Assembly: GCF_044704955.1 (NCBI RefSeq)
Contig: NC_091979.1
Coordinates: 141,918,001 to 141,982,000, forward strand
DNA length: 64,000 nucleotides
Origin: Pristiophorus japonicus
Taxonomy: Eukaryota
Direction: 5' to 3'
The translations under genes were made by a program, and so were the position numbers. Of this stretch, positions 1 to 12,008 are shown one piece after another. Position 1 is the stretch's first letter. The number at the start of each line of letters is the position of its first letter. A model generated the notes under the pieces. The model did not search any database. It saw nothing but the letters and a program-made list of their open reading frames with translations, and was not told the origin of the DNA.

Positions 1-465
1 GCACTGACCACACTTGATCAGCTCTGCTGGGCAGGCCACATAGTTTGCATGCCAGACACGAGACTCCCAAAGCAAGCGCTCTACTCGGAACTCGTCCACG
101 GCAAACGAGCCAAAGGCGGGCAGAGGAAACGTTACAAGGACACCCTCAAAGCCTTCCTGATAAAGCGCGACATCTCCACTGACACCTGGGAGTCCTTGGT
201 CATAGACAGTCCTAACTGGAGGAAGTGCATTCGGGAGGGCGCTGAGTTCCTCGAGTATCGTCTCGGAGAGCATGCAGAAATCAAGCGCAGGCGGTGGAAG
301 GAGCAAACCAGGCTCCCTTCCCACTCTTTCCTTCAACGACTATCTGTCCCACCTGTGACAGAAACTGTGGTTCTCGTACTGGACTGTACAGCCACCCAAG
401 AACTCATATTAAGAGTGGAAGCAAGTCTTCCTCGATCCCGAGGGACTGCCTATGATGATGATGAG
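1..465 (+). mobile_element. RTE-clade (BovB-like) LINE, 3' end, truncated by window edge
   Basis: ORF 49-468 carries the RTE C-terminal motif MPDTRLPKQALYSELxHGKRxxGGQRKRYKDTLKA. It ends in CGAGGGACTGCCTA followed by a (TGA)n tail. The same tail occurs at 46093-46113 (+) and 50977-51000 (-). Confidence 0.85.
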
Positions 466-524
466 TAATATCTGTAATATTACCTAGGTAATTAGCTTAT
501 GCCATGACCTTGTCACCTTTGTAG

Positions 525-1700
525 AGGAAGATATCTAAGAATAGAGCTGAGCAAAGGCGGAGGGCCTGCTGATCTTTGCCAGTTAACAGAACTGGAGAAG
601 CGGGCCTTAGCACTTGTTGGTGTGCATAATCGTTTGGCCACCCGTGGTGGTACTGAACCCGTTGTTGTGCCATGTGAGTAATGTATAAACCATTGGTGTT
701 TAAAAAAATTTAATGCCATTTCAGTATAATATATGATTGATGTAATGTTATGTAATTAATGATGGGATCATGAAATATCATTGTAATGCCATGCAGACTC
801 AGTACTATCATGATGTTTATTATATGTGACATCTGTTGGTGATATTTATTGCAGTAGTGTTGCTCCTCGTACATATGCCTGCGCAGCGTAAGCATTCTCA
901 TGTCACCCTGGCTTCTTCTAACCTCAGTTATGTTTTCTAGGTCCCCTGGCTTCCCAGGAGCAATCCAGAGATGTGGAGGCCCCTAGAGCTTCACCATTTC
1001 TCATCCAAGTAGTGTTGACCACGGAGGAGACCAGTGAGGAGGATGATTAGCCTCAAGCAGGCTGCTCTAATGCTCCTGCGGCCCGTCTTCGTCAACTCAT
1101 GAAGTAGAGGGGCCAAGCATCTTGCAGCAAGGCACTCCAAGTGGTCCAGCGCCTACGCCGACCCCGCGGAGGTTGGTTCGGCAAGGTAGGCATGCTCAAT
1201 GACAGGCGGATGTCAACCTGGACATGGTCTCACTGTCAAGATCGAGCGTCGACATTGTTCGAGAACTCCTCCAGGCAATGGGTGGATTGACTCGTCATGT
1301 TGCTGCACTGACTGCATTCCTTTCGGAAGACATGGTGCAGATGGTTGCGGCAATGCGGAGAATGGCCAATTCCATCGATGGCAAGCGGTAGTCTCGGGAT
1401 ACGGCACTGCACCCCAAGGTGCCGTACCACCCATGTCGACAGATGCGAGTCAGGAGGAAACAGTTGCTTCTGACTCAGAAGGCGTTTCTTTGGAAATGTC
1501 CTCTTCAGCTTCACCAGAGATTGTGACTCTGCCACCATCACCACCCCCCCCACCCCCCTCACAGCAGCAGCGCTCGGGGTGCCCTGCTGCAAGACGGCTT
1601 GGTGTCAATGTGGGTAGAAGGGGGAGTGTAAGTGGGAAAGGGGGAGTTCACACCCAGGGGGGGGAGGTAAAGGCAAAGGGAAGCATGGCCGCAGGTAGGG
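525..1700 (+). pseudogene. Decayed, spliced Myb/SANT-like accessory gene of a PIF/Harbinger transposon
   Basis: Exon-like segment 525-673 (ttgtag| ... |gtgagt) reads RKISKNRAEQR, then a frameshift, then GGGPADLCQLTELEKRALALVG, typical of Harbinger Myb-like proteins just after the SANT domain. Next acceptor is ttctag|941, followed by low-complexity Pro/Ser/Gly-rich coding-like sequence. Convergent with the transposase. Right end approximate. Confidence 0.6.
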
Positions 1701-2113
1701 GAGGGGAGGGACATTATTCTTGTTTTTGTATTGTTCACTTTTGGGGTTGTTATTGTTATTATAAATTTGTTGACTGTTGGGGGGGGTGGGAGTGGGTGGG
1801 TCTATGGGCGGATGTTATACTTTAATTGTGATTGAAAAATTGTTAAATATTGTTATTAAAACAAATTTCACTGTTGGGGTGGGGGGGGGGGTGCGGAGAT
1901 GGGTGTTTATATTCATGTATATGTTTTTTTCACAGTTTGTTTAAAAAAATGTTTTTAAATTTTGTAATTATTAAATATTTTTATTTAACTTAACATTGTT
2001 GTGCAGTGTCTTCCAGTAACAGAAAGGTTAAATATCAATACAAGGGTTGCAAACAATGGCCAGGCAAGGATGAAACATAATGTAATGCAACTATAACTGT
2101 CACCAATGTAACT

Positions 2114-3360
2114 TCACGCAAAGCGTTCATTTATGAGCTGCTGACACAACAGTCTTGCACCTGCATAACTACCACGGGGCTTTATCTGCGGTGTAGGTTG
2201 GAGTGGGGGCATGGATAGGCTGATTGTCCTCCCTGAGGTCCTCGACCTCCTCCCCTCTCCTGAGGTGGACCAGCAGTCCCATCTGACAATTCTTGGTCCC
2301 CTCCTGATAGCTAAGTTATACAACATGCAGCACACCACAATGAACTCAGCGACCTGCTCAGGGTGGTATCGTAAGTTGCCTCTTGAGTGGTCCAGGCATC
2401 TGAAGCGCTGCTTAAGCACTCCAGTTGTCTTTTCAGCATTATTGCGTGTGGCTATATGGGTTTCGTTGTATCGCTTCTCGGCTTCTGTCTGGGGCTTAAG
2501 CAGGTTGCTGAGTTCATTGTGGTGTGCTGCATGTTGTATAACTTAGCTATCAGGAGGGGACCAAGAATGAGCCAGCTAGCAAAGCCATATCCTTTATCCT
2601 CCAGCATCCAACCATGACCTTGTGGCTGACTCTTAAACAGGTCAGAGACAGTGCTCTTATGCAAGATGTGCGCATCATGGATGCTCCCTGGAAAATTTGC
2701 ACTTACTGCCATGATTATTTGCTTGTGGTCAATAACGAGTTGCACATTCAGGGAGTGGAATCCTTTTCGGTTCCGAAACACCTTTGCATCTTGAAAAGGT
2801 GCTTGCAGGGCAATGTGCGTACAGTCTATTGCTCCTTGCACTTTGGGGAAGTTAACTATTCTCGAGAACCTCAAAGCTCTCTCACTCTGTGCCTCCCTGT
2901 TCATAGCAAAGTTTATAAAGTCCAACCTGCAAGCGTAAAGGACTTCAGTCACCTGTCGAATGTAGCAATGTGTGGCATGCTGAGAGATGCTGCAAATGTG
3001 GCCAGCTGAGGCCTGAAAAGAGCCAGATATGTAGAACGAAAGTACCGCGTTAATCTTAACCTCAACGGGCAGTGCGGTCCTGATGGTGCTGGTAGGCTGC
3101 AGATCTCCCTTAATTAGCTTGCATATCTCACTGATGATCTCCTTACAGAAGCGCAGCCTTCTAACACACGTGTTATCGAACAAGTCCAGGTATGATCGCT
3201 TATCCCTGTAAATGCGTTGGCTGTAAGATCTCCTCCTTCTCAGCAGTCTGCCACCTCTTTGATTGGGCACATAATGCTCCTCCATGAACCTTCTCCCATT
3301 TCTATGCTGCAGCATGTGAGTAGTCATCAATACGGGCTGAGAAATTACAGGCCACATCAC
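2114..3360 (-). pseudogene. PIF/Harbinger (HARBI1-like) DDE transposase, disrupted
   Basis: ORFs 2452-3360 and 2114-2419 contain GAIDCTH, FRNRKGFHSLNVQ, PGSIHDAHIL, LEDKGY, LKQRFRCL and CCMLYN. The frame is broken by an inverted 70-bp insertion at 2499-2568. Confidence 0.9.
2289..2568. repeat. 70-bp inverted repeat (arms 2289-2358 and 2499-2568, 1 mismatch, 140-bp spacer)
   Basis: Direct reverse-complement comparison. The peptide ILGPLLIAKLYNMQHTTMNSATC also appears in ORFs on both strands. Confidence 0.95.
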
Positions 3361-4073
3361 TATAATTGCCCTAATTTGTCTTCAAACTTATTAAATTGTC
3401 CTCTACAAATGCAATATAAACTCAAAATTCACCACAATGTGATGAGATAGTTGTCAAGGTTTTAAAACGACCTTAAAATCACTCACAAATTACTTCTATG
3501 CTCCCATCAACTTGAAGCAGCCTTTTATTAAAAGTCCTCCGATTTACAAAATGGCGTCCATGCTGCTGGGTTAAGGACAGGTGAGTGCAATTTTTCTTGA
3601 GTGTCATTTTGGGCGAGTGATCATTTGGGCGGTAGATGGGCGAGATGCCGAAAGTAACGCTCGGCGATAATCTGGGCGGTATTTACACGCTAGTTTCCAT
3701 TATAAACAGTCTTCTGAGCGGTGCACGAGTGATGCCGTCAGATTTTATTTTAAAAATATGGACGGGCGGTTCAGTTAATTCCCGGCGATAACTGCATGCT
3801 GATAGTTCCGCCGGCGATAAATGGACAATAATTGGCCGTTAGTTTCCACTTATAATCAAATATGGGTGGTAAACTCAATCTCAGTGGTTGAATGGGTGGT
3901 AAATGGGCAGATATATGCCGAAGGTTTAGCCCCTAGTAATTTAAAATATATATGCAAGACATTCTGGAGGAATAGGGTGAACAGCCAGAGATCGTGGTCC
4001 ATATCTGTACCAATGACAGGTAGAAGGAGGGATGAGGTCATGCAGGCAGAGTTTAGGGAGCTAGGAGAGAGAT

Positions 4074-4611
4074 TTTTGGTCTCCTAATCTGAGGAAAGAC
4101 ATTCTTGCTATTGAGGGAGTGCAGTGAAGATTCACCACTGATTCCCGGGATGGCAGGACTGACATATGAGGAGAGACTGGATCAACTAGGCTTATATTCA
4201 CTGGAATTTAGAAGAATGAGAGAGCATCTCATAGAAACATATACAATTCTGACGGGATTGGACAGGTTAGATGCAAGAAGAATGTTCCCGATGTTGGGGA
4301 AGTCCAGAACCAGGGGTCACAGTCTAAGGATAAGGGGTAAACCATTTAGGACCGAGATGAGGAGAAACTTCTTCACTCAGAGAATTGTGAATCTGTGGAA
4401 TTTTCTACCACAGAAAGTTGTTGAGGCCAGTTCATTAGATATATTCAAAAGGGAGTTAGATATGGCCCTTATGGCTAAAGGGATTAAGGGGTATGGAGAG
4501 AAAGCAGGAATGGGGTCCTGAAGTTGCATGATCAGCCATGATCATATTGAATGGTGGTGCAGGCTCGAAGGGCCGAATGGCCTACTCCTGCACCTGTTTT
4601 CTATGTTTCTA
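4074..4611 (+). mobile_element. 5'-truncated CR1 3' fragment inserted in host CR1 ORF1
   Basis: CR1 C-terminal peptide (LTYEERLDQLGLYSLEFRRMR...RTRGHSLRIRGK) with a TTTCTATG tail. Same family as 31693-32266 and 47148-50622. Confidence 0.85.
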
Positions 4612-5850
4612 AAAAGCAGGACCTCAAAGGTAGTAGTCTCCGGGTTACTGCCGATGCCACGTGATCGTGAGTACAGAAATAGGACGATAGAAAAGATGAA
4701 TGTGTGGCTGGAGAGATGGTGCAGGAGGGAAGGCTGTAGATTCCTGAGGCATTGGGACCGTTTCTGGGGGAGGTGGGACCTATACAAGCCGGACGGGTTG
4801 CATGTTAACAGAGCTGGGACCAGTATCCTCATGGGAGGTTTTGCTAGTGCTGTTGGGGAGGGTTTAAACTAACTTGGCAGGGGGATGGGAACCGGAGAAT
4901 AGATTTAGTGGGGAGAGAAGCAAATCTAGAAGACAGAGGGAACAGGGGCTGGAAAATAGACAACAAGAGAGTTGGCACCACTACATGGTATATACTTCAA
5001 TGCAAGGAGAATAGGGAATAAGGCAGATGAGCTGAGAGCACAAATAGACAATTGGGAGCACGATATTATAGCTATTACTGAGACATGGCTGAAAGAAGGG
5101 GAGGTATGGTAGCTCAATATTTCTCGTTACAGGGTTTTCAGATGGGATAGAGAGGGGGGTAAAAAAGGAGGGGGAGGGTCGCAGTATTAATAAAAGAAAC
5201 AATTACAGCTGTGAGAAGGAATGATATGTTAGAGAGGTCATCAAACGAGGCCATATGGGTTGAATTGAAGAACAAAAAAGGGGCAATCACACTACTGGGA
5301 GTGTACCATAGAACCCCAAACAGTCAGAGAGAGATAGAAGAACAAATATGTGGGCAAATTGCTGCGAAGTGTAAAAACTATAGAGCTGTAATAGTGGGGG
5401 ATTTCAACTACCCTAATATTAGCTGGGGGAAAAGTCGTGTGAATGTTAAAGAGGGTGAGGAATTCCCAAAATGCATTCAGGAGAATTTCTTTAGCCAGTA
5501 TGCAACAAGCCCAACATGGCAATTCTGGACTTGGTTTTGGGGAATTAAGAGGAGCAGGTGGAGGGGTTTCAATGGGAGAGCATTCCGGTGCTAGTGATCA
5601 TAATTCAGGAAGATTTAGGGTAGTTATGGAAAAGGACAAAGGTGGAACAGGGAAAAAAGTTCTCAAACTGGGGTAAAGCCAATTTTCCTGAGCTGAGATG
5701 CGATTTTGCCAAAGTGGACTGAAAATGGCTAGTTGATGATAAATCAGTGTCAGAGCAGTGGGATGCATTCAAAGAGGAGATCCTAAGGGTACAGAGCAAG
5801 TATGTTGCCTTAAAGAAAAAGGGAGGGGCTATCAAATCTAGAGCTCCTTG

Positions 5851-6061
5851 TGTTATGTCTTGAATAAAGAGTCAGACTAGGTACTGCAAGCTCAAAGTAA
5901 TTGTGACCGTAGTCTTTTATTACAGATCTCAGAGTGCCTCTCCAGCCTGTGAGGCCTCCTTATATACAGGTGCTCCCAAGTGATTGTGGGATCCCTTGGG
6001 TCTCTAAGGGATAAGCCCTCTGGTGGTTAGACATGGTAATTACAGGTGTACATACATAACA
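5851..6061 (-). repeat. 3' LTR of Gypsy element 1
   Basis: Direct repeat of 10175-10385; about 14 mismatches in 211 bp counted by eye. Confidence 0.95.
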
Positions 6062-9000
6062 ATACTCACCACCCCCCCCCCCCCCCCAAAGTCAATAGTG
6101 TAACTATTTATAATGTGAGTCAATCTGGGGCCTTCCTTTCCCTGGTTGATCATCTCGGTGCAAATGCTGGTGTTGGTGAGTCATTTGTTGGGCTTTCGCT
6201 GCGCTGCTGCGCAGCTGGCCTTGCTGGATTGCTGGGGGTGATGGGTTCTGCTTTGTGGTCAAGCGCTGGGTCAGTTGCCACTTGTGTGTGTGTTGGAGGG
6301 TCGAAAAAGGTAGAGTCTACTGTGGGTTGTTCTGGATAGTCCGTAAATCTGAGTTTGGTTTGGTCCAAGTGTTTTCTGCAGGTGAATCCATTTGCGAGTT
6401 TGACTACAAACACCCTACTCCCCTCTTTGGCCAAAATAGTGCCAGCAATCTACTTGGGACTTTGTCCATAGTTCAACACAAATACAGGATCATTTACTTC
6501 AATTTCTCGTGACACATTTGCATGATTATAATATGTATTCTGTTGAAGCCGCCTGCTCTCTACCTGTTCGTGTAGATCACGGTGGACTAACGAGAGCCTT
6601 GTCTTAAGTGCCCTTTTCATGAGCAGTTCAGCAGGAGGGATCCTGGTGAGCGAGTGAGGTCTTGTGTGGTAATTAAGCAGGACTCTGGATAAGCGAGTCT
6701 GCAGTGAGCCTTCAGCTACCCTTTTCAAGCTCAGCTTGATTGTTTGAACTGCTCGTTCTGCCTGACCGTTGGGTGCTGGCTTAAACGGGGCAGATGTGAC
6801 ATGTTTGACCTCATTGCGGGTCATGAATTCCTTGAATTCGGCACTGGTAAAGCACGGCCCATTGTCACTTACAAGGACATCAGGCAGACCGTGCATGGCA
6901 AACGTGGCCCGTAGACTTTCAATGATGGCAACGGACGTGCTTGCCGACATTATCTCACATTCAATTCACTTGGAATACACATCTACAACCACTAAAAACA
7001 TTTTTCTCAAGAATGGGCCTGCATAGTCGACATGAACCCTAGACCGCAGTTTGGAGGGCCAAGACCATAAACTTAGTGGTGCCTCCCTGGGTGCATTGCT
7101 TAACTGGGAACATGTATTACATTTGTGCACACAGAACTCTTAAGTCTGCATTGATACCGGGCCACCACACGTGGGATCTGGCTATCGCTTTCATCATTAC
7201 AATGCCTGGGTGGGTACTGTGCAGATCACTAATGAAAGTGTCCCTGCCCTTTTTTGGCACAACTACCCGATTACCCCATAGGAGGCAGTCTGCCCATATA
7301 GACATTTCATCTTTGCGCTGCTGGTACGGCTTTATTTCTTCCTATATCTCTAACGTGACACTAGACCAACTCCCGTGGAGCACACAGTTTTTTACTCAGG
7401 ACAGTAAGGGTCCTGGCTCGTCGGGCGGTAACAGGTGATTGCTCACTCTTGAATGCTTCCCATTACCATAACTAGATCTCCTGACTGTGCCATCTCCACC
7501 CCAGTGGTGGGCACTGGCAGCCCACTGAGAGCATCGGCACAGTTTTCTGTGCCTGACCTGTGGCAGATGGCGTAGTTGTATGCGGACAACATGAGCGCCC
7601 ATCTCTGAATACGGGCTGATGCATTCGTATTTATCCCCTCATTTTCAGAAAAGAGGGATATAAGCGGCTTATGGTCGGTTTCCAATTCAAATTTGAGTCT
7701 GAACAGATATTGATGCATTTTCTTTACCCTGTAAACACACGCTAACGCTTCTTTTCCGATCATACACTTGGCCTTAGACAGACTTCTGGATGCATAAGCA
7801 ACAGGTTGCAATTTCCCAAATTCATTAGCTTGTTGCAATACACACCCGACATCGTATGACGATGCATCACATGCTAGTACCAAACGTTTACATATATCGT
7901 ACAACAATAGCAATTTGTTTGAACATAACAGCTTCTTAGCTTTCTCAAAGGCATTTTCTTGGCTTTTACCCCATATCCATTCATCTCCTTTACGCTGTAA
8001 AGAGTGCAGGGGTTCTAACAATGTGCTAAGACCCAGTAAGAAGTTACCAAAGTAGTTCAGGAGTCCTAGAAACGACTGCAGCTCCGTCACGTTCTGTGGT
8101 CTTGGTGCATTTTTGATTGCCTCGGTCTTCGAATCGGTGGGCCTGATGCCGTCCGCTGCGATTCTTCTCCCCAGGAACTCCACTTCAGGCGCCAGGAAAA
8201 CGCATTGAGTGTTTTAGCCTGAGCCCCACACGATTAAGCCGACTAAGAACCTCCCCCAGGTTCTGCAGATGCTCGACGGTGTCCCGACCTGTAACCAAGA
8301 TATCGTCCTGGAAGACTACGGTGCACGGGACCAACTTTAGCAAGCTTTCCATGTTTCTCTGGAATATCGCCGTGGCCGATCGAATCCCAAACGGGCATCT
8401 GTTGTAAACGAAAAGACCTTTGTGCATGTTGATGCAGGTGAGACCTTTGGAAGATTCCTCCAGCTCCTGCATCATGTAGGCCGAGGTCAAGTCCAGTTTT
8501 GTGAACGTTTCCTTCCCGCCAGCATTGCAAATAGGTCGTCTGCCTTTGGTAGCGGGTATTGATCCTGCAGTGAGAAACAATTGATAGTTATTTTGTAATC
8601 ACCACAGATTCTAACGGTGCCGTCTCCCTTGAGGACTAGAACAATCGGACTGGCCCACTCAATTGAATTCGATCGGTGAAATGATGCCCTCTCATTGCAG
8701 CCTGTCCAGCTGGATCTCCACCCACTCTCATCATGTAAGATACCGCTCTCGCTTTGTGATGGATGGGTCACGCCCCCGGAATCAAATGGATGTGCACTTT
8801 TACTCCTTGGAACTTCCCGATGCCTGGTTCGAACAGCGCAGGGAACTTGCTTAGGACCTGGGCACATGAGGTGTCGTCGACGGACGAAAGCGCTTGGACG
8901 TCGTCCCAGTTCCAGTATACCTTTCTCAGCCAGCTCCTGACGAACAGCGTGGGGCCATCACCCGGTACCACCCAGAGTGGTAAATCATGCACCGCTCCAT

Positions 9001-10174
9001 CGTAGGAGACCTTTACGCTAGCACTGCCAATTTCGGGAATCAGTTCCTTTGTGTATGTTCTAAGTTTGGTACGAATAGGAGTCAGGGCTGGCCTTGAAGC
9101 TTTGTTGCACCACAACTTATCGACAGTCTTTTTACTCATTATGGACTGGCTTGCGCCCGTGTCCAGCTCCATGGACACCGGGAGTCCATTTAATTCAACC
9201 TTCAGCATTATCGGGGGACACTTTGTGGTAAATATGTGCACCCCATATACCTCTGCCTCCTCGGTCTGAGGCTCTGGTTTGTCATGATTCACCGTGGATC
9301 TGTCCTCCTCTGCAATATGGTGGTTTGCAGGATTAGCAGGGTTTGTAGCTCGCCTGCACATACGTTGGAGATATCCCATTGTTCCACAGCCCTTGCAAAC
9401 GTATCCTTTGAAGCGGCATGAATGGAATCGATGATCACCCCCACAGCGCCAACAAGGTGTTAATTGCCTTGTATTCACCACCCTTGATGGTGGACTCTGA
9501 GTCATCTGCGGATGTGCAGCTACAGGCGTGTAAGTCCTGCCATGTGCATTTCGATTCAAAAACATTACTTTGTTCACAGTACTTGCAGCAGCACTAGTGT
9601 GCTGGGAAATTTGTTTGGTATTGTCACTGGTGGAGATAAACGCCTGGGCTATTGCTTTGGCTTTACTCAAGGTTGGGGTCTCTACAGTCTAAAGTTTGCG
9701 AAGTATTACTTCATGGTCAATGCCAAGTACAAAGAAGTCCCTGAGCATATGCTCCAAGTGTCCTTCAAATACGCAATGTCCTGCAAGGCGCCTTAGCTCG
9801 GCGACATAGCTCGCCACTTCCTGGCCTTCAGACCTCTTTTATGTGTAGAACCGATACCTCGTCATCAGAACGCTTTCCTTATGGTTTGGATGCTCCCGGA
9901 CCAGTGTGCACAACTCATCGTATGACTTGTCTGTGGGTTTTGCTGGAGCGAGCATGTTTTTCATGAGGCCAAACGTTGGTGCCCCGCAAACGGTGAGGAG
10001 GATTGCCCTTCGTTTGGCAACGTTCCCTTCTCCTTCCAGCTCTTTGGCCACGAAGTATTGGTCAAGTCGTTCCATGAAGGTTTTCCAATCATCTCCCTCC
10101 GAAAATTTCTCCAGGATGCCCATAGTTCTCTGCATTGTTGCGTTGGGGTTCATCACCTGTATCTCATCGCCAGT

Positions 10175-10385
10175 TGTTATGTCTTAAATAAAGAGTCAGA
10201 CCAGGTACTGCAAGCTCAAAGTAAGTGTGACCGTAGGCCTTTATTACAGATCTCAGAGTGCCTCTCCAGCCTGTGAAGCCTCCTTATATATAGGTGCTCC
10301 CAAGGGATTGTGGGATCCCTTGGGATTCCAGGGGATAAGCCGTCTGGTGGTTAGACATGGTAATTACAGGTTTACATACATAACA
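10175..10385 (-). repeat. 5' LTR of Gypsy element 1
   Basis: TG...CA termini, adjacent PBS, TATA-like and AATAAA motifs on the - strand. Confidence 0.95.
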
Positions 10386-11366
10386 TCTTGGATGTCAAGG
10401 GACATATAGGGTAAGATAAAGAAAAAAAGGGAAGCTTATGACAGATACCGAGAACTCAATACTGCAGAAATTCTAGAGGAGTATAATAAATGCAGGGTGC
10501 AATTAAAAAAGATATCAGGAAAGCAAAGAGAAAGCTTGAGAGAATGTTGGCAAGTAAAATCAGGGAAAACCTAAAGATGTTTTATAAATACATTAAGGGC
10601 AAGAGGATAACTAGAGAAAGAGTGGGGCCTATTAGAGACCATAAAGGAAAGCTATAATAAGAACATAAGAATTAGGAATAGAAGTAGGCCATCTAGCCCC
10701 TCGAGCCTGCTCCGCCATTCAACAAGATCATGGCTGATCTGGCCGTGGACTCAGCTCCACTTACCCGCCCGCTCCCCGTAACCCTTAATTCCCTTATTGG
10801 TTAAAAATCTATCGATCTGTGATTTGAATACATTCAATGAGCTAGCCTCAACTGCTTCCTTGGGCAGAGAATTCCACAGATTCACAACCCTCTGGGAGAA
10901 GAAATTCCTTCTCAACTCGGTTTTAAATTGGCTCCCCCGTATTTGAGGCTGTGCCCCCTAGTTCTAGTCTCCCCTACCAGTGGAAACAACCTCTCTGCCT
11001 CTATCTTGTCTATCCCTTTCATTATTTTAAATGTTTCTATAAGATCACCCCTCATCCTTCTGAACTCCAACGAGTAAAGACCCAGTCTACTCAACCTATC
11101 ATCATAAGGTAACCCCCTCATCTCCGGAATCAGCCGAGTGAATCGTCTCTGTACCCCCTCTAAGGCTAGTATATCCTTCCTTAAGTAAGGTGATCAAAAC
11201 TGCACGCAGTACTTCAGGTACGGCCTCACTAATACCCTGTACAGTTGCAGCAGGACCTTCCTGCTTTTGTACTCCATTCCTCTCGCAATGAAGGCCAACA
11301 TTCCAATCGCCTTCCTGATCACATGCTGCACCTGCAAACTAACTTTTTGGGATTCATGCACAAGGA

Positions 11367-11994
11367 GGAGTCCGTGTTCCATGTTTTTATTGAATGCACA
11401 AGGTTGCAGCCCCTGTTCCACTATTTGAAGGGGCTGCTCCTGAAATTCTGGCTGCACTTCAGTCCCACTCTCCTGATCTTTGGGCACCCTGTGCGGAGGG
11501 GAGCGGGTAGGTCCGAAGGCCTCCTCGTAGGACTGCTCCTGGGCACGGCCAAGGGTGCCATCAGCCGGTCCAGGCAGCGGGCGGTCGAGGGGGTCGTTCA
11601 ACCTGACTGCCTGCCTCTCTTCCGCTCTGACATCCGGTCCAGGGTGTCCTTGGAGATGGAGCACGCGGTGTCCACCGGTACGCTCGCGGCCTTCCGCGAG
11701 AGGTGGGCACCGGAGGGACTGGAGTGCATCATCACGCCCGGCAACCAAATTTTAATTTGATTTTACGTTTTTTAAGTTTAATTTGTTTTAATTGCCGGTG
11801 CTTTTAGTGTCCCCCTCTCCTTTTATAGGGGGCACTGGAAAAAAGGAAAAATTTGATTTTAGTGCCCAAAAAAAAAAAACACAAAAAAACCCCAAAAAAA
11901 CCAAAAAAGGGCCTTGTAAATGTCTTGTGTGTGTCATCCAGGTCGGGTGGCACGGATACATGTTTTATGTTTTCGCAGGTAAACTCAAAAGAGT
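11367..11994 (+). mobile_element. Tx1-clade (L1 group) non-LTR retrotransposon, 5'-truncated copy 1
   Basis: Frame to TGA at 11760 reads ESVFHVFIECTRLQPLF...LLLKFWLHFSPTLLIFGHPV...LLLGTAKGAI...FRERWA, matching the recalled Xenopus Tx1 ORF2 C-terminus (tail of the CCHC knuckle). Flanked by TTCATGCACAAGGA at 11353-11366 and 11995-12008. Confidence 0.88.
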
Positions 11995-12008
11995 TTCATG
12001 CACAAGGA

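Larger units (their letters stand above)
500..3838. mobile_element. PIF/Harbinger DNA transposon (decayed; left end not visible)
   Basis: Convergent Myb-like and transposase genes with an AT/GT-rich spacer. CpG-rich subterminal region 3550-3838 has repeated GGCG motifs. Possible right end ...AATTGGCCG followed by TTA; boundary uncertain. Confidence 0.75.
5851..10385 (-). mobile_element. Full-length Ty3/Gypsy LTR retrotransposon (Mag-like), frameshifted
   Basis: Two 211-bp LTRs (5851-6061, 10175-10385) with TGTTATGT...ACATAACA ends. TSD CCTTG/TCTTG. PBS TGGCGATGAG next to the 5' LTR and a G-run PPT at ~6062-6087. Gag has two zinc knuckles (CWRCGGDH..., CKGCG), followed by protease ELDTGA, RT VFQDD, RNase H (ACDAS, TDHKPL) and integrase (SDNG, NGQAER) in Gypsy order. 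Confidence 0.96.

Noticed and set aside
2452-3360. Possible domesticated HARBI1 host gene
   Set aside because: The frame is disrupted, conserved motifs are altered, and it is paired with a decayed Myb-like gene in transposon configuration.
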